Of a stretch of DNA of 64,000 nucleotides, positions 10,375 through 20,501 are shown one piece after another. Source of the stretch: Nitrospinaceae bacterium (lineage in GTDB: Bacteria > Nitrospinota > Nitrospinia > Nitrospinales > Nitrospinaceae); the NCBI GenBank assembly GCA_965223665.1, contig OZ245011.1, positions 1,024,001 to 1,088,000 of the forward strand, in the 5' to 3' direction. The first letter of the stretch is position 1, and each line of letters starts with the position of its first letter. A program made the position numbers and the translations under genes. The notes beneath the pieces are model-generated. The model saw only the letters and a list, made by a program, of their open reading frames with translations. It did not search any database and was not told where the DNA came from.

Positions 10375-11208
10375 ATGAAGACAGACTATAAAGATTATTA
10401 TCAAATTTTGGGAGTTTCTGAAAGCGCTAACGAAGAGCAAATTAAAAAAGCTTATCGAAAATTAGCCATAGAAACCCACCCCGACCGGAATCCCAACAAC
10501 CCGGAAAGTGAGGATCGATTTAAAGAGATCACTGAAGCTTATGGGGTTTTGATGGATCCAGTTAAACGAAAGGAATATGATTTTTTCCGCGGAAATTTTT
10601 CGAAGGGATCCCAAAGAAATCGTAATTTTAATTATTCTCAACAAGAAATTTTTGAAAATATGTTTCGCCAAGGGTTTGGACGTGATGCTTTTAAGGATTT
10701 AAATGTAGAATTCACCCGCTCAGGATTTCGTTCTGGCACAGGTTTTTTTGAAACAATATTGTTTAGCGGTGCTGCCGGAACCTTAGGAAAATTGCTTAGA
10801 AAGGTCCCGGGTCCCATTGGAAAACTTGGAACCGGAATATGGATTCTTCAATCCATAGGAGCGTCCATTTATGCTTATAAAAAAAGTAAATCCGGAAACG
10901 ATTTTTCTAAGAATTCCGATAATTCTAGTGGAATTCCCAACTCAATTAAAAACATTTTTCAAAAATCAAAGTCCGAAAATGGAGGACTTTCTTTGGACAT
11001 CAATTTTGATATCACCATACCATCATCCGAGGCTAATTCAGGGGCCAAAAAACAAATTTCTTATAAAGTTGGAGAGCAAACTGAAAAATTGCTTATTAAA
11101 GTTCCTCCCGGAATTGAAACAGGCGGTAAACTTCGGGTCAAGGAAAAAGGTAATTCTAAAAATGGAAAACGTGGAGATTTGATTTTGACTGTAAATATAC
11201 AAAATTAG
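10375..11208 (+). CDS. DnaJ/CbpA-like J-domain protein without zinc finger
   Basis: [12 protein letters not shown] motif, C-terminal [18 protein letters not shown]. Confidence 0.9.
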   Translation: MKTDYKDYYQILGVSESANEEQIKKAYRKLAIETHPDRNPNNPESEDRFKEITEAYGVLMDPVKRKEYDFFRGNFSKGSQRNRNFNYSQQEIFENMFRQGFGRDAFKDLNVEFTRSGFRSGTGFFETILFSGAAGTLGKLLRKVPGPIGKLGTGIWILQSIGASIYAYKKSKSGNDFSKNSDNSSGIPNSIKNIFQKSKSENGGLSLDINFDITIPSSEANSGAKKQISYKVGEQTEKLLIKVPPGIETGGKLRVKEKGNSKNGKRGDLILTVNIQN

Positions 11209-11368
11209 GGTCTCCAAAATTCTAAATACGTTTCTTTCTCTCACTCCTTAAACAAAAAAGAAATTTCCTCAAAATATTATTTTTAGGGTATTCTGAATCC
11301 ACCAATATTAAGCTTTCAAAATAATATTTTAAATTTCATTTTCCTAGCTACTTTGCTTTTATTTAAAT

Positions 11369-12643
11369 ATGGCGTTTTATTGCAACCATAAATCTATAAC
11401 GAAAGTTTACTTCTTTATTTTGTTTCTTATTTTTATTTGCACCAATGAACCCTTCGCAAAAGAAGAGCGCCTAGTTCCGGTAGGCGTAACCAAGGCCGTT
11501 CAATTTTCTTCGGAAAAAATAATTGAGCTCCCTGGAACCGTTTTAGCATGGGCAACTACCCGTCTAGCAGCGGAAATTGATGGTCGGGTAGAAAAATTGT
11601 TTTTTCAAGAAGGGGATTTTGTAAAAAAGGGAAAGCCTTTGGTTCAATTGCGTACCCGACCATTGCAACTTCAAATCAAATTGGCTGAAGCAGAAAAGCA
11701 AATGGTGAAATCCCGCTTAGAAGAACTCCAAGCTGGAACACGTTTAGAAACTATTGAAGCCGCAAAATTTGCAGTAAAGCAATCCAAAGCCAGGGTTCGA
11801 TTGGCCAATAATGAATTAATTCGAATCAAAAAGCTTTATAAGGATGGTGTTCTCAGTTTAGACGAGTACGATAAAGCCGATGCCGAGGCAGATAGCGCCC
11901 AATCTGAATTAAAAGAAAAAGAATCTGTACTAAAAGAATTAATTGCAGGGCCTAGAATTGAAAAGATACGGCAAGAAGAGGCAAATTACCAAGCTGCAAT
12001 AGCCCGAATAAAAATTATTGAGGATGATATTAAAAGAGCAACCATACATGCTCCTTTTAATGGATATATCATTAAAAAAGAAACTGAAGTTGGCCAATGG
12101 TTGGAAAAAGGTGATCCTGCTGTATTAATGAATACTGATCTTCCTTTAAAAATTGAAATCAATGTTCCACAATTTCAATTCAATTCCATTCCAATGGGTG
12201 CACAGGTAAATATTTTTTTGGATACATATAATAAAAACATACCGAGCAAAAGTTATAAGGGAATTGTTATTGAAAAAATTAAATCGGGTAATACAGTATC
12301 GAGGACATTTCCTCTAAGAATTAAAGTCGAAGGCCAGGCCATAGGCCTTTCTCCGGGAATGTTGGTTCAAGTACAAATTTTAGCTGCCCAAAAAACAGGA
12401 AATCAAATTTTTGTTCCCAAAGATGCGTTGGTTCGAACTCCTAAGGATATATCTATATGGGTCATTCGGACAGATAATGAAAATTCTTTTAGGGCCCATA
12501 AAGTTTTAGTAGAAACGGGGATGGTAAAGAAAAGTTTAGTGGCTATCCGGACTTTAAATGGTTCACTAAAACCAGGAGAATTGGTAGTTGTCCAGGGAAA
12601 TGAAAGATTAAAGCCTAAAATCAAAGTAAATATCATCAAATAG
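11369..12643 (+). CDS. RND efflux periplasmic adaptor (MFP)
   Basis: Lipoyl halves (EGDFVKKG, IHAPFNG), coiled coil, SRTFPLRI. Confidence 0.92.
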   Translation: MAFYCNHKSITKVYFFILFLIFICTNEPFAKEERLVPVGVTKAVQFSSEKIIELPGTVLAWATTRLAAEIDGRVEKLFFQEGDFVKKGKPLVQLRTRPLQLQIKLAEAEKQMVKSRLEELQAGTRLETIEAAKFAVKQSKARVRLANNELIRIKKLYKDGVLSLDEYDKADAEADSAQSELKEKESVLKELIAGPRIEKIRQEEANYQAAIARIKIIEDDIKRATIHAPFNGYIIKKETEVGQWLEKGDPAVLMNTDLPLKIEINVPQFQFNSIPMGAQVNIFLDTYNKNIPSKSYKGIVIEKIKSGNTVSRTFPLRIKVEGQAIGLSPGMLVQVQILAAQKTGNQIFVPKDALVRTPKDISIWVIRTDNENSFRAHKVLVETGMVKKSLVAIRTLNGSLKPGELVVVQGNERLKPKIKVNIIK

Positions 12644-12659
12644 AGCACGAGTTTCTTCC

Positions 12660-15600
12660 ATGAAATGGATTGAGGGATCTTTAAAATATGGTGTTACAGT
12701 GGCGGTTGGAGTCATTTTGATTCTAATGTTTGGCATTATGTCGCTTTTAAGGATTCCGGTTCAATTGACTCCTGAAATAAGTCAACCGGAACTCAGTATT
12801 CGCACCACCTGGCCAGGTGCTAGCCCTGAAGAAGTTGAGCGAGAAATCGTTGATGAGCAGGAAGAGCAATTAAAATCCATTGTCGGCTTAACGGAAATAG
12901 AAAGTGCTTCCAAAACGGGTCGAGCTGAAATTTATCTTACATTCCAAACTGGAACTAACTTACAAGAAGCTTTGGTAAGAACATCAAATGCTTTAAACCA
13001 GGTATCCTCCTATCCTGAGGACGTTGACGAACCTATCATAAAAACCGTTAATGTTTCCGATCGTCCCATCGGGTGGTTTGTTTTACAACCCATACCAGGA
13101 AACGATAATATCAATGTCTACCATTACAGGGATTTTGCAGAGGACAATATACAAGCCAGGTTTGAAAGGGTTCCTGGTGTATCCGACAGTGATGTTTATG
13201 GAGGAAGCCCACTAGAAGTCCAAGTTATATTTAATCCTAATGCTTTAGCGGAAAGAGGAATTAGTATATTCGATCTTAGAGAAACATTGAGAAATCAAAA
13301 CCACAATATAAGTGGAGGAGATTTTGATGAAGGTAAAAGGCGATATATTGTTCGAACCACAGGAGAGTTCCGAAGCCCCGAGCAAATCGAAAATACAATT
13401 CTTACCCATGTGGAAGGCTCACCAGTATACGTAAAAGACGTAGCTGAGGTAAAAGTCGCTTACGATGAACTTCGCGATTATGTACGCCATAATGGACTTC
13501 CAGGAATTTCAATTAATGCACGTAGGGAAATTGGTTCAAACATTCTCCAGGTAATGGAAGAACTTCAAAAAGTTGTCGCTGATTTAAATAAAAATCTATT
13601 AAATCCGATGGGATTGCATTTAACTCAGACAGCCGACAAAACCGAATACATATCCCGCTCCATTGATATGGTGAAATTGAACTTACTGGTAGGGGGTACT
13701 CTTGCCACCATAATACTATTATTATTTCTTCGGAGTATTTATAGTACTTTAGTAATCGCTATTGCCATACCAGTAAGTGTGGTGGGTTCATTTCTTATTA
13801 TTACTTTAATGGGAAAAACCATTAACGTCATCATGTTGGCAGGAATGGCTTTTGCTGTGGGAATGGTAGTGGATGCATCCATTGTGGTTTTAGAAAACAT
13901 TTATCGACACCGACAAATGGGAAAAGATACTTATCAAGCTGCAATGGACGGCGCATCAGAGGTATGGGGAGCAATTTTGGCCAGCACACTTACTACTCTG
14001 GTTGTTTTCATACCTATACTTTTTATAAAGGAGGAAGTTGGACAGTTGTTTCAAGATATTGCTGTGGCTATCAGCGCTGCTGTAACTTTATCAATGGTAG
14101 TGAGTATACTAGTCATCCCAATATTAAGTCGAAAACTTTTCCAATTTGAATCTCATAATCCGGATAAAAAAAATGTGATTCGCTCTTTATTTAAAAATCT
14201 ATTTGGCTTAGTTCCTTTAGCAATTAAATTTAATCATTTCGTTGTAGGTATACTTAGGACGCTTTTTAAGAGTAAATTTGCACAAATTATTTTTGTTTTA
14301 ATTCTAATTTTGATTCCTGCTTGGTCTGCATGGAAAATGCTTCCAAAAACAGAATATCTTCCTGAAGGAAACCAAAATGTCATCCTGGGAATGATGATCC
14401 CCCCTCAAGGCTATAATATTAACGAAATGCACCGCATTAGTTTTGAACTAGAGAAAGACTATAAAAAATATTGGGAAGCTCAACTCGGAAGTCCTGAAGA
14501 AGCTGAACTGGACGGACCACCGGTTCGCAATTTTTTATTCATTGGAAGTCGAGGAAGATTATTTACGATTGTTAAAGCTAAAGATCCTTCCCGAGCGAGC
14601 GAATTGATTCCAATCCTAAAGAGAGAATTAAAAAAGGTCCCCGGAATGATTGCGATTACTAAACAACTTTCTCTTTTCTCAAGTGCTTTTAGTGGGTCCC
14701 GTGGAATAGAAATGAATATTAATGGTCCTGATTTAGTTCAATTAACTGATATGGCACGTTCGGCTTTTTTTAAGATTCGTAATTTAATGCCAGAAGGATC
14801 AATAAGGCCTAGACCGGGTCTTGAATTAGGGCAACCCCAAATTCAAATCCAACCTCGTTGGAAAGAACTTTCTGAAATGGATGTGAATGTATCTGAATTA
14901 GGTTATTCAGTGGCTGCACTTGTTGATGGGGTCTATGCCGATGAAGTTTATTTGGATTCAAATAAAATTAAAGTACCTTACCTTCCTCGCGATGGCATTG
15001 ACTTAATCCTTAGGAGCAGAGTCAAAGATATTAATCAAACTCAGGATATTCCCAGTGCAATTATTTATACAAAGAAAGGACAGGCGGTACCATTAAACAG
15101 CGTAACCGAAATGATTGAAACCGTCAGTTCAGAGGAAATCAGACATTTTGAAAGAAAACGTTCAATTACTTTAGAAATAACTCCTCCGCCAAAAATGGCT
15201 CTCGAAGAAGGAATTGAAATTGTACAAAATGAAATTATTAGGCCTTGGAAAGAAGATGGTTCTCTTTCAGGAGAATATTCGGTAACCCTTACAGGTAATG
15301 CAGATAAATTAGAAAAAACTAGAGACGCCATGTCCGGTAATTTTATTTTGGCTATAATTATCACGTATCTTTTGTTGGCAGTACTATTTCAACATTGGGG
15401 TTATCCTTTTATTATAATGTTAAGTGTCCCATTAGCCGCGGTCGGTGGGGTGATTGGCCTATGGACTCTGAATCAATTCGTTCTCCAACCACTAGATGTA
15501 TTAACCATGCTGGGTTTTATAATATTAATTGGAGTAGTGGTCAATAACGCTATTTTAATAATACATCAAACTTTAACCCACATTAGACAAGAAGGGATGT

Positions 15601-15917
15601 TTTACCAAAATGCAATTTTAGAAAGTGTTCGAAATCGAATCCGACCAATTTTTATGAGTACCTTTACCAGTATTTTTGGCTTAATGCCTTTAGTAGCATT
15701 TCCAGGTGCTGGCAGTGAAGTTTATCGAGGAATTGGGGTCGTGATTCTTTCAGGGTTATTCTTTAGTACAATATTCACGTTAATACTTATTCCATGCTTA
15801 TTAAATTTAGTTATGGGGTTTAATCAGAGCATTCCTCCAACAAGCACCACAAAATATAAGGAAAAATCTTCAGCGCTACCCTCTGGTCCATTTCAGGAAA
15901 TTATTAGCGAAAATTAA
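12660..15917 (+). CDS. RND efflux permease, AcrB/AcrD/AcrF family
   Basis: WPGASPEEVE, GMVVDASIVVLENI, GVVVNNAI, RIRPIFMST. Confidence 0.95.
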   Translation: MKWIEGSLKYGVTVAVGVILILMFGIMSLLRIPVQLTPEISQPELSIRTTWPGASPEEVEREIVDEQEEQLKSIVGLTEIESASKTGRAEIYLTFQTGTNLQEALVRTSNALNQVSSYPEDVDEPIIKTVNVSDRPIGWFVLQPIPGNDNINVYHYRDFAEDNIQARFERVPGVSDSDVYGGSPLEVQVIFNPNALAERGISIFDLRETLRNQNHNISGGDFDEGKRRYIVRTTGEFRSPEQIENTILTHVEGSPVYVKDVAEVKVAYDELRDYVRHNGLPGISINARREIGSNILQVMEELQKVVADLNKNLLNPMGLHLTQTADKTEYISRSIDMVKLNLLVGGTLATIILLLFLRSIYSTLVIAIAIPVSVVGSFLIITLMGKTINVIMLAGMAFAVGMVVDASIVVLENIYRHRQMGKDTYQAAMDGASEVWGAILASTLTTLVVFIPILFIKEEVGQLFQDIAVAISAAVTLSMVVSILVIPILSRKLFQFESHNPDKKNVIRSLFKNLFGLVPLAIKFNHFVVGILRTLFKSKFAQIIFVLILILIPAWSAWKMLPKTEYLPEGNQNVILGMMIPPQGYNINEMHRISFELEKDYKKYWEAQLGSPEEAELDGPPVRNFLFIGSRGRLFTIVKAKDPSRASELIPILKRELKKVPGMIAITKQLSLFSSAFSGSRGIEMNINGPDLVQLTDMARSAFFKIRNLMPEGSIRPRPGLELGQPQIQIQPRWKELSEMDVNVSELGYSVAALVDGVYADEVYLDSNKIKVPYLPRDGIDLILRSRVKDINQTQDIPSAIIYTKKGQAVPLNSVTEMIETVSSEEIRHFERKRSITLEITPPPKMALEEGIEIVQNEIIRPWKEDGSLSGEYSVTLTGNADKLEKTRDAMSGNFILAIIITYLLLAVLFQHWGYPFIIMLSVPLAAVGGVIGLWTLNQFVLQPLDVLTMLGFIILIGVVVNNAILIIHQTLTHIRQEGMFYQNAILESVRNRIRPIFMSTFTSIFGLMPLVAFPGAGSEVYRGIGVVILSGLFFSTIFTLILIPCLLNLVMGFNQSIPPTSTTKYKEKSSALPSGPFQEIISEN

Positions 15918-15930
15918 ACAAACTTCATTT

Positions 15931-16626
15931 ATGGATAAAATTGATCTGATTTCATATTGGAGAAAATTTTTCTCCGATCTTTTAGTTGGCACCTTTAAAA
16001 CTTTTTTCTTTTACGGATTAATGGGTGGGTTAGCTGGTGGGATTGCTTTTATTGTCATAAAAGCTTTTTATATTAGCATTTCCGAGTGGAGTGCTTGGGT
16101 ACAATGGGTATGCCTCATGTTTGCACTAATGTGGTATGGGTTCTGGGGAATATTTCATGGATTTGTAGCTGGAATTTTAAAAGTATTGGGCAAAAAGTTA
16201 GGGGAAATGGTACACGGTTTACAGGATTTAATGGATTTCTTAGTCGGAGGCGTATTAGCAGGTTTTCCAAAAGTTAATAAAACTTTTTCCAAAGGGGAAT
16301 TGGACCAAAAGTTTGATGAATTAGGTCAAAAGTTTATGAAAGACCTTAAATTAAAAGGGGGATTAATCAATTGGATAAAAAGAATACTTTTCCTGACTAT
16401 TTTAAAAGTCTTAAAATTTATGTTTTTGGATGACATAAAATTAGAGTTAGATAAAAAAAACAAATCAGAATTGACCCGCGCAGATATTGAAAGCGCGGTG
16501 CGACGAGTAGGGGTTGAGTTTTTTGTTTCAACAATCCATGAAAAATTTTTAATTTTTCATATTCTGAATATTGCTTTGGCCTTAATTACCTTTTTCCTAC
16601 CCTTCTTACCTTTTTGGCTCCTATGA
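15931..16626 (+). CDS. Hypothetical membrane protein
   Basis: 231 aa with about 3 hydrophobic segments, operonic with the RND genes. Confidence 0.7.
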   Translation: MDKIDLISYWRKFFSDLLVGTFKTFFFYGLMGGLAGGIAFIVIKAFYISISEWSAWVQWVCLMFALMWYGFWGIFHGFVAGILKVLGKKLGEMVHGLQDLMDFLVGGVLAGFPKVNKTFSKGELDQKFDELGQKFMKDLKLKGGLINWIKRILFLTILKVLKFMFLDDIKLELDKKNKSELTRADIESAVRRVGVEFFVSTIHEKFLIFHILNIALALITFFLPFLPFWLL

Positions 16627-16700
16627 TTAAATTAAAATTGTAAGGCTTTCCCACTAACTGCGACTTCAATTTAACAATTTAATTTATGGAGATCCTAATC

Positions 16701-16856
16701 ATGAGTCGAATTCGAGTTATTTTATTAACAGGTTTATTTTTAACAGGGGTTTATTTCATGGCATCTGGTTGCGCACATCCACAAGATAAATCCGCACCAA
16801 AAAAATCAAGTAATTCCAAAGAAGGGTCTAGAACTACAACCAATCCATATAATTGA
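16701..16856 (+). CDS. Small 51-aa lipoprotein (below ORF-track cutoff)
   Basis: GGAG RBS; MSRIRVILLTGLFLTGVYFMASG-C AHPQDKS...; lipobox ASGC. Confidence 0.7.
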   Translation: MSRIRVILLTGLFLTGVYFMASGCAHPQDKSAPKKSSNSKEGSRTTTNPYN

Positions 16857-16870
16857 TTAGGAATTGATAA

Positions 16871-17659
16871 CTAGGCTCCTTTTAATAAATCCTCAATTAC
16901 CTTTTTAAACTTGTTATAAGGATGAGCCCCACGCAAAAATTGAATCGCTTTAAATTTGTTTGGATTCTTTGCATCGGTTTTTCCAAATATAAAGCTGGGT
17001 GTTCCTTGAACCCCTAATTCTCCTCCGTCCTGGACATCTCGATTGATTTGTTTCTCATATTTATCGGAATTAAAACAACTTTGAAATAAATCCATATTCA
17101 ATTTTAGCTTTTCAGCATAACCCAAAAGTACGTCCTTTCCCATCCTTTGACGTCCTTGAAAAATTAAGTCGTGCATTTTCCAATACCCGTCTTGTTCTCC
17201 AGCGCACAAAGACGCTTTGGAGGCATTTTCTGCATTTGGGTGTATTTGTTTTAAAGGAAACTCTCGAATAATGTATTTGACTTTACCTGTGTCAACATAA
17301 TCCTTAATAATTTTAGGGTATGTATTTATGACATGGCGCCGGCAATAAGGACATTGATAATCCGTGAACTCCAGTAAAATTATTGGGGCATTTGTTTTAC
17401 CAAGTACAGGGGATCCCTCAATAGTAACATCTACTGGTTTAAATGGTTCTTCAGCTTGACCAGTCAGTTTTTTCAGGGGTTCCAGTAAATCCTTAATTAA
17501 TTTTAAATCCTTTTTAATTTCATCTTGCCCTTTTTTCAGAGCATCAATTTCAGATTGAAGGGATTGAATCTCTTCATTCCCAAATGCAGATCCACCCATT
17601 GTCAAAAGTAATGACAATATAATGCAAACTATCCCAATAAACTTTTCGATCGTTTTCAC
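16871..17659 (-). CDS. DsbA-family thioredoxin-fold protein
   Basis: Signal peptide, coiled coil, FTDYQCPYC, GVQGTPSF. Confidence 0.92.
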   Translation of the reverse strand: MKTIEKFIGIVCIILSLLLTMGGSAFGNEEIQSLQSEIDALKKGQDEIKKDLKLIKDLLEPLKKLTGQAEEPFKPVDVTIEGSPVLGKTNAPIILLEFTDYQCPYCRRHVINTYPKIIKDYVDTGKVKYIIREFPLKQIHPNAENASKASLCAGEQDGYWKMHDLIFQGRQRMGKDVLLGYAEKLKLNMDLFQSCFNSDKYEKQINRDVQDGGELGVQGTPSFIFGKTDAKNPNKFKAIQFLRGAHPYNKFKKVIEDLLKGA

Positions 17660-17770
17660 GGAATCATCCTTTCCTACATGAATTTATCAATTCAGGCATT
17701 GTACCTTAAAATTAGTGTCCAGGGGGAAATGAAAGTAATTTTTTCGGGATAGAGAGAATAGTTTTTACTA

Positions 17771-19555
17771 CTAAGTTAAGGCTGTAAGACGATCCAAAAT
17801 ATTTTCTCTTTCATGATATCCCAAATACAACAATCCATCTGAAAGAGAATAATTGTGAGGAAAAGTCATCACCTCTCTACTTAATTTTTCAACCACTTCC
17901 TGGTAAACTTCGGTGGCCTGCTCTGAGGTTAGTCCAGTTTTGATGTCATACGAATATCCCAAAGCAAGGTCATGGTGGGGCGGGTTGTGCAAATTATAAA
18001 CTCCCCATTTTTCAGGCTCTTTAGCAAGGGGTGTCCCTTTCTCCAAGTCAAATTGCGAGGCAATACAAGAAAAGCCCGGTGAATCTAAAATTTCCTGATG
18101 ATCTAAGACAAAGTTAACGGAGTCCATCACTTCTTCCCTCGTCTCCGTAGGAAATCCTACCAATATATAAAAATGCATGCCAATACCAATTCGAATACAA
18201 TCTTTAACCGTTTTATCAATAACTTCTACTGGGCATCCTTTTATCATCGAATCTAGCACTCTTTGATTATAAGATTCCATTCCAAAAATTAGTTTTCGAC
18301 AACCGGATTTGTATAAGAGCTCTAACCGATCCTCTCTTAACAAACTTTTTTCAAATTTTAATTCACCCGTCCATTGAACATCAACTTTTTCCTCAACAAG
18401 TTTTTGTGCAAAAGTTCTAAGAAAATTAATAGGCAATGCCTCGTCAGTAAAAAAGAAATAATTACAATCATATTTCTCTTTTAAATTCTTAAAATCCTGA
18501 ACCACTGTCTCTGCATATCGAACATGAAAATCCATATGATCAAAAGGAATTGAGCAAAATGCACAACGTTCCCAATAACAACCCCGTGAACCCATAACCG
18601 GCAAAACTCTTTCTGGTGAAAGATAAAGATCAAACGGCATTCCATCAAAGTCAGGTGTGGGCAACGCATTTAATTCTTCTTTTTTAAAGGGGCGGTTTAC
18701 CTTAACAGTTTCGCCATCTTTATAAATTAAGTTTGGAACTTTACTGAGATCCTTCTCGCCTCTCAACTGTTGAACCAACCTTAATAATGGCGTTTCGCCT
18801 TCATGCACTATAAAGCTATCTACAAATTGAAATAATGGAGAGTTTTTCTCAAGCTGATCCACCAACTTGGTAAATACACTTCCTCCAACAGTGATATGGA
18901 TATTGGGATTAGCCTCTTTCACCAAATGGGCCAAAGTAAGGCCTGGTATAATTTGTTCTACCGATGTAATAGAAATTCCTAAAATATCTATGTCTTCCTT
19001 CAGGATTCCTTGTAAATAGTGTTCCTTATATAAATCATAAAAAAAGTTCTCTTCGGGGTGTTTAAACGAATCTAAAATATCTCGAGTGGAATAAGGAGAA
19101 AATCGAAGTTGACTGCCAATAACTGTTAATTGGGAGGGGTAATAAGGGGCTAATATATTATCTAACCATACATCGATAATTTTGAGAGCCTCCATGTATC
19201 TTTCAATTTGGTAAAACTCCTCTGTACGCAGAATGGTTTTTGCATTATCAATCTGGTCTTTTAAGGCAAAAATGATTTCCTCTGCTTCTCTCAATTTTTG
19301 AAATTTTTCACGCTCCCTATCCGAATGAAATGGCTTCCCCGCAAGATCATTCAATTCCTTTTGTATTCGCTGGTAAAGTGGTTGTGCTTTTTCCCATGTA
19401 CACAAATGATCCAATAACTCAATTGCCAAATCACGTTGAACCACATCTTGAATTCCGTGTTGATGCAAAAACGCCTTAAGGGCCGGTAAACTCAAATAGG
19501 GTTGTGAAGGATGCCATGACGAGGGAAATACGAGATAAATCATATATAAATCCAA
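17771..19555 (-). CDS. B12-binding-domain radical SAM protein (likely start is the ATG of MIYLVFP)
   Basis: SRGCYWERCAFC (CxxxCxxC), cobalamin-binding-like ILGIS..ITVGG..EGE. Confidence 0.9.
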   Translation of the reverse strand: MDLYMIYLVFPSSWHPSQPYLSLPALKAFLHQHGIQDVVQRDLAIELLDHLCTWEKAQPLYQRIQKELNDLAGKPFHSDREREKFQKLREAEEIIFALKDQIDNAKTILRTEEFYQIERYMEALKIIDVWLDNILAPYYPSQLTVIGSQLRFSPYSTRDILDSFKHPEENFFYDLYKEHYLQGILKEDIDILGISITSVEQIIPGLTLAHLVKEANPNIHITVGGSVFTKLVDQLEKNSPLFQFVDSFIVHEGETPLLRLVQQLRGEKDLSKVPNLIYKDGETVKVNRPFKKEELNALPTPDFDGMPFDLYLSPERVLPVMGSRGCYWERCAFCSIPFDHMDFHVRYAETVVQDFKNLKEKYDCNYFFFTDEALPINFLRTFAQKLVEEKVDVQWTGELKFEKSLLREDRLELLYKSGCRKLIFGMESYNQRVLDSMIKGCPVEVIDKTVKDCIRIGIGMHFYILVGFPTETREEVMDSVNFVLDHQEILDSPGFSCIASQFDLEKGTPLAKEPEKWGVYNLHNPPHHDLALGYSYDIKTGLTSEQATEVYQEVVEKLSREVMTFPHNYSLSDGLLYLGYHERENILDRLTALT

Positions 19556-19575
19556 TCGGAAATTTTGATATTAAT

Positions 19576-19926
19576 TTATTGAGGCTTTGGCGCCATAAAC
19601 ACTAACATAACCAAGGGCTCCTGAGTATGATTGACCACCCCATGAACCTCTCCTGAGGATGCCATAGTTATTTCATCTGCTTGCAACTCCCTCTCTTCGG
19701 AACCAACGGTAATCTTACCTTTGCCTTCGAGGACATAGTATATCTTGTCAGAGCCTTCATGTGCATGGACTTTTTGTGCTTGCCCGGGTTGTAAACAATA
19801 GAGATCGCAAAAAAAACGATCTGAATCAAAGAGACCCACTTTATTCATTTTTTCGGATTTAAAAGCTGCCTGACTCCTTACTTTAATTACATTCATTGCC
19901 AATCCTCTTAACCTTTTAAAAAACAA
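19576..19926 (-). CDS. Cupin-2 domain protein
   Basis: HAH...YYVLEGKG...VHGVVN. Confidence 0.88.
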   Translation of the reverse strand: MFFKRLRGLAMNVIKVRSQAAFKSEKMNKVGLFDSDRFFCDLYCLQPGQAQKVHAHEGSDKIYYVLEGKGKITVGSEERELQADEITMASSGEVHGVVNHTQEPLVMLVFMAPKPQ

Positions 19927-20389
19927 TATTTTTCGTTCTTTTGATTTTGTGCTTGAATTTTACCACAGACCCTAAGTTCAGCAACAAAAATCGAATAACC
20001 TCAAAAATTTCATTTTTTAATTCAAATAATATTTTCGATCAAACGAATATCCGGTTTCTTATGCTTTTTTATTTCACTAAAAATACAATTTCCACATTTA
20101 CAAATACATTCGAACTTTAGAGTTTTTCAAATTATGTAAAATCTAAAAATCCATATCAAAATTTAACTTGGATGCAAAACTACTTTAATACCCCACTTTA
20201 TCTGATTTCTATTTACATGGTTTAAAATTAGAGTTTATAAATTTTTATAACCAAGCCTATTTTTTTATACAATTTTCAATAAAAGTTACTTTTACTTAAA
20301 CAAACATTTCTTTCTTTCCTTAAAAAAGTGCATTTGAATTTTGTTCCCTTACCATCACTAACTTTTTTTAGTTAGCTTTCCTTCTGCCT

Positions 20390-20405
20390 TGGCATTCAAT
20401 TTGCT
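20390..20405 (+). promoter_or_regulatory. Sigma54 (-24/-12) promoter
   Basis: TGGCAT-TCAAT-TTGCT with exact GG-N10-GC spacing, ~100 nt before the metalloprotease gene in a long AT-rich intergenic region. Confidence 0.7.
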
Positions 20406-20501
20406 CCAATCTTTCCATTAAATTTACAATTATAGTAAATTTTAATTAAAAGGTTTTTCCTTAATTTTAAAAGTGAATGGCAACCAAAGACCACTGGGAA
20501 C

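Noticed and set aside
11370-11384. TGGCGTTTTATTGCA as a sigma54 promoter
   Set aside because: GG-GC spacing is one base short and it overlaps the predicted start codon
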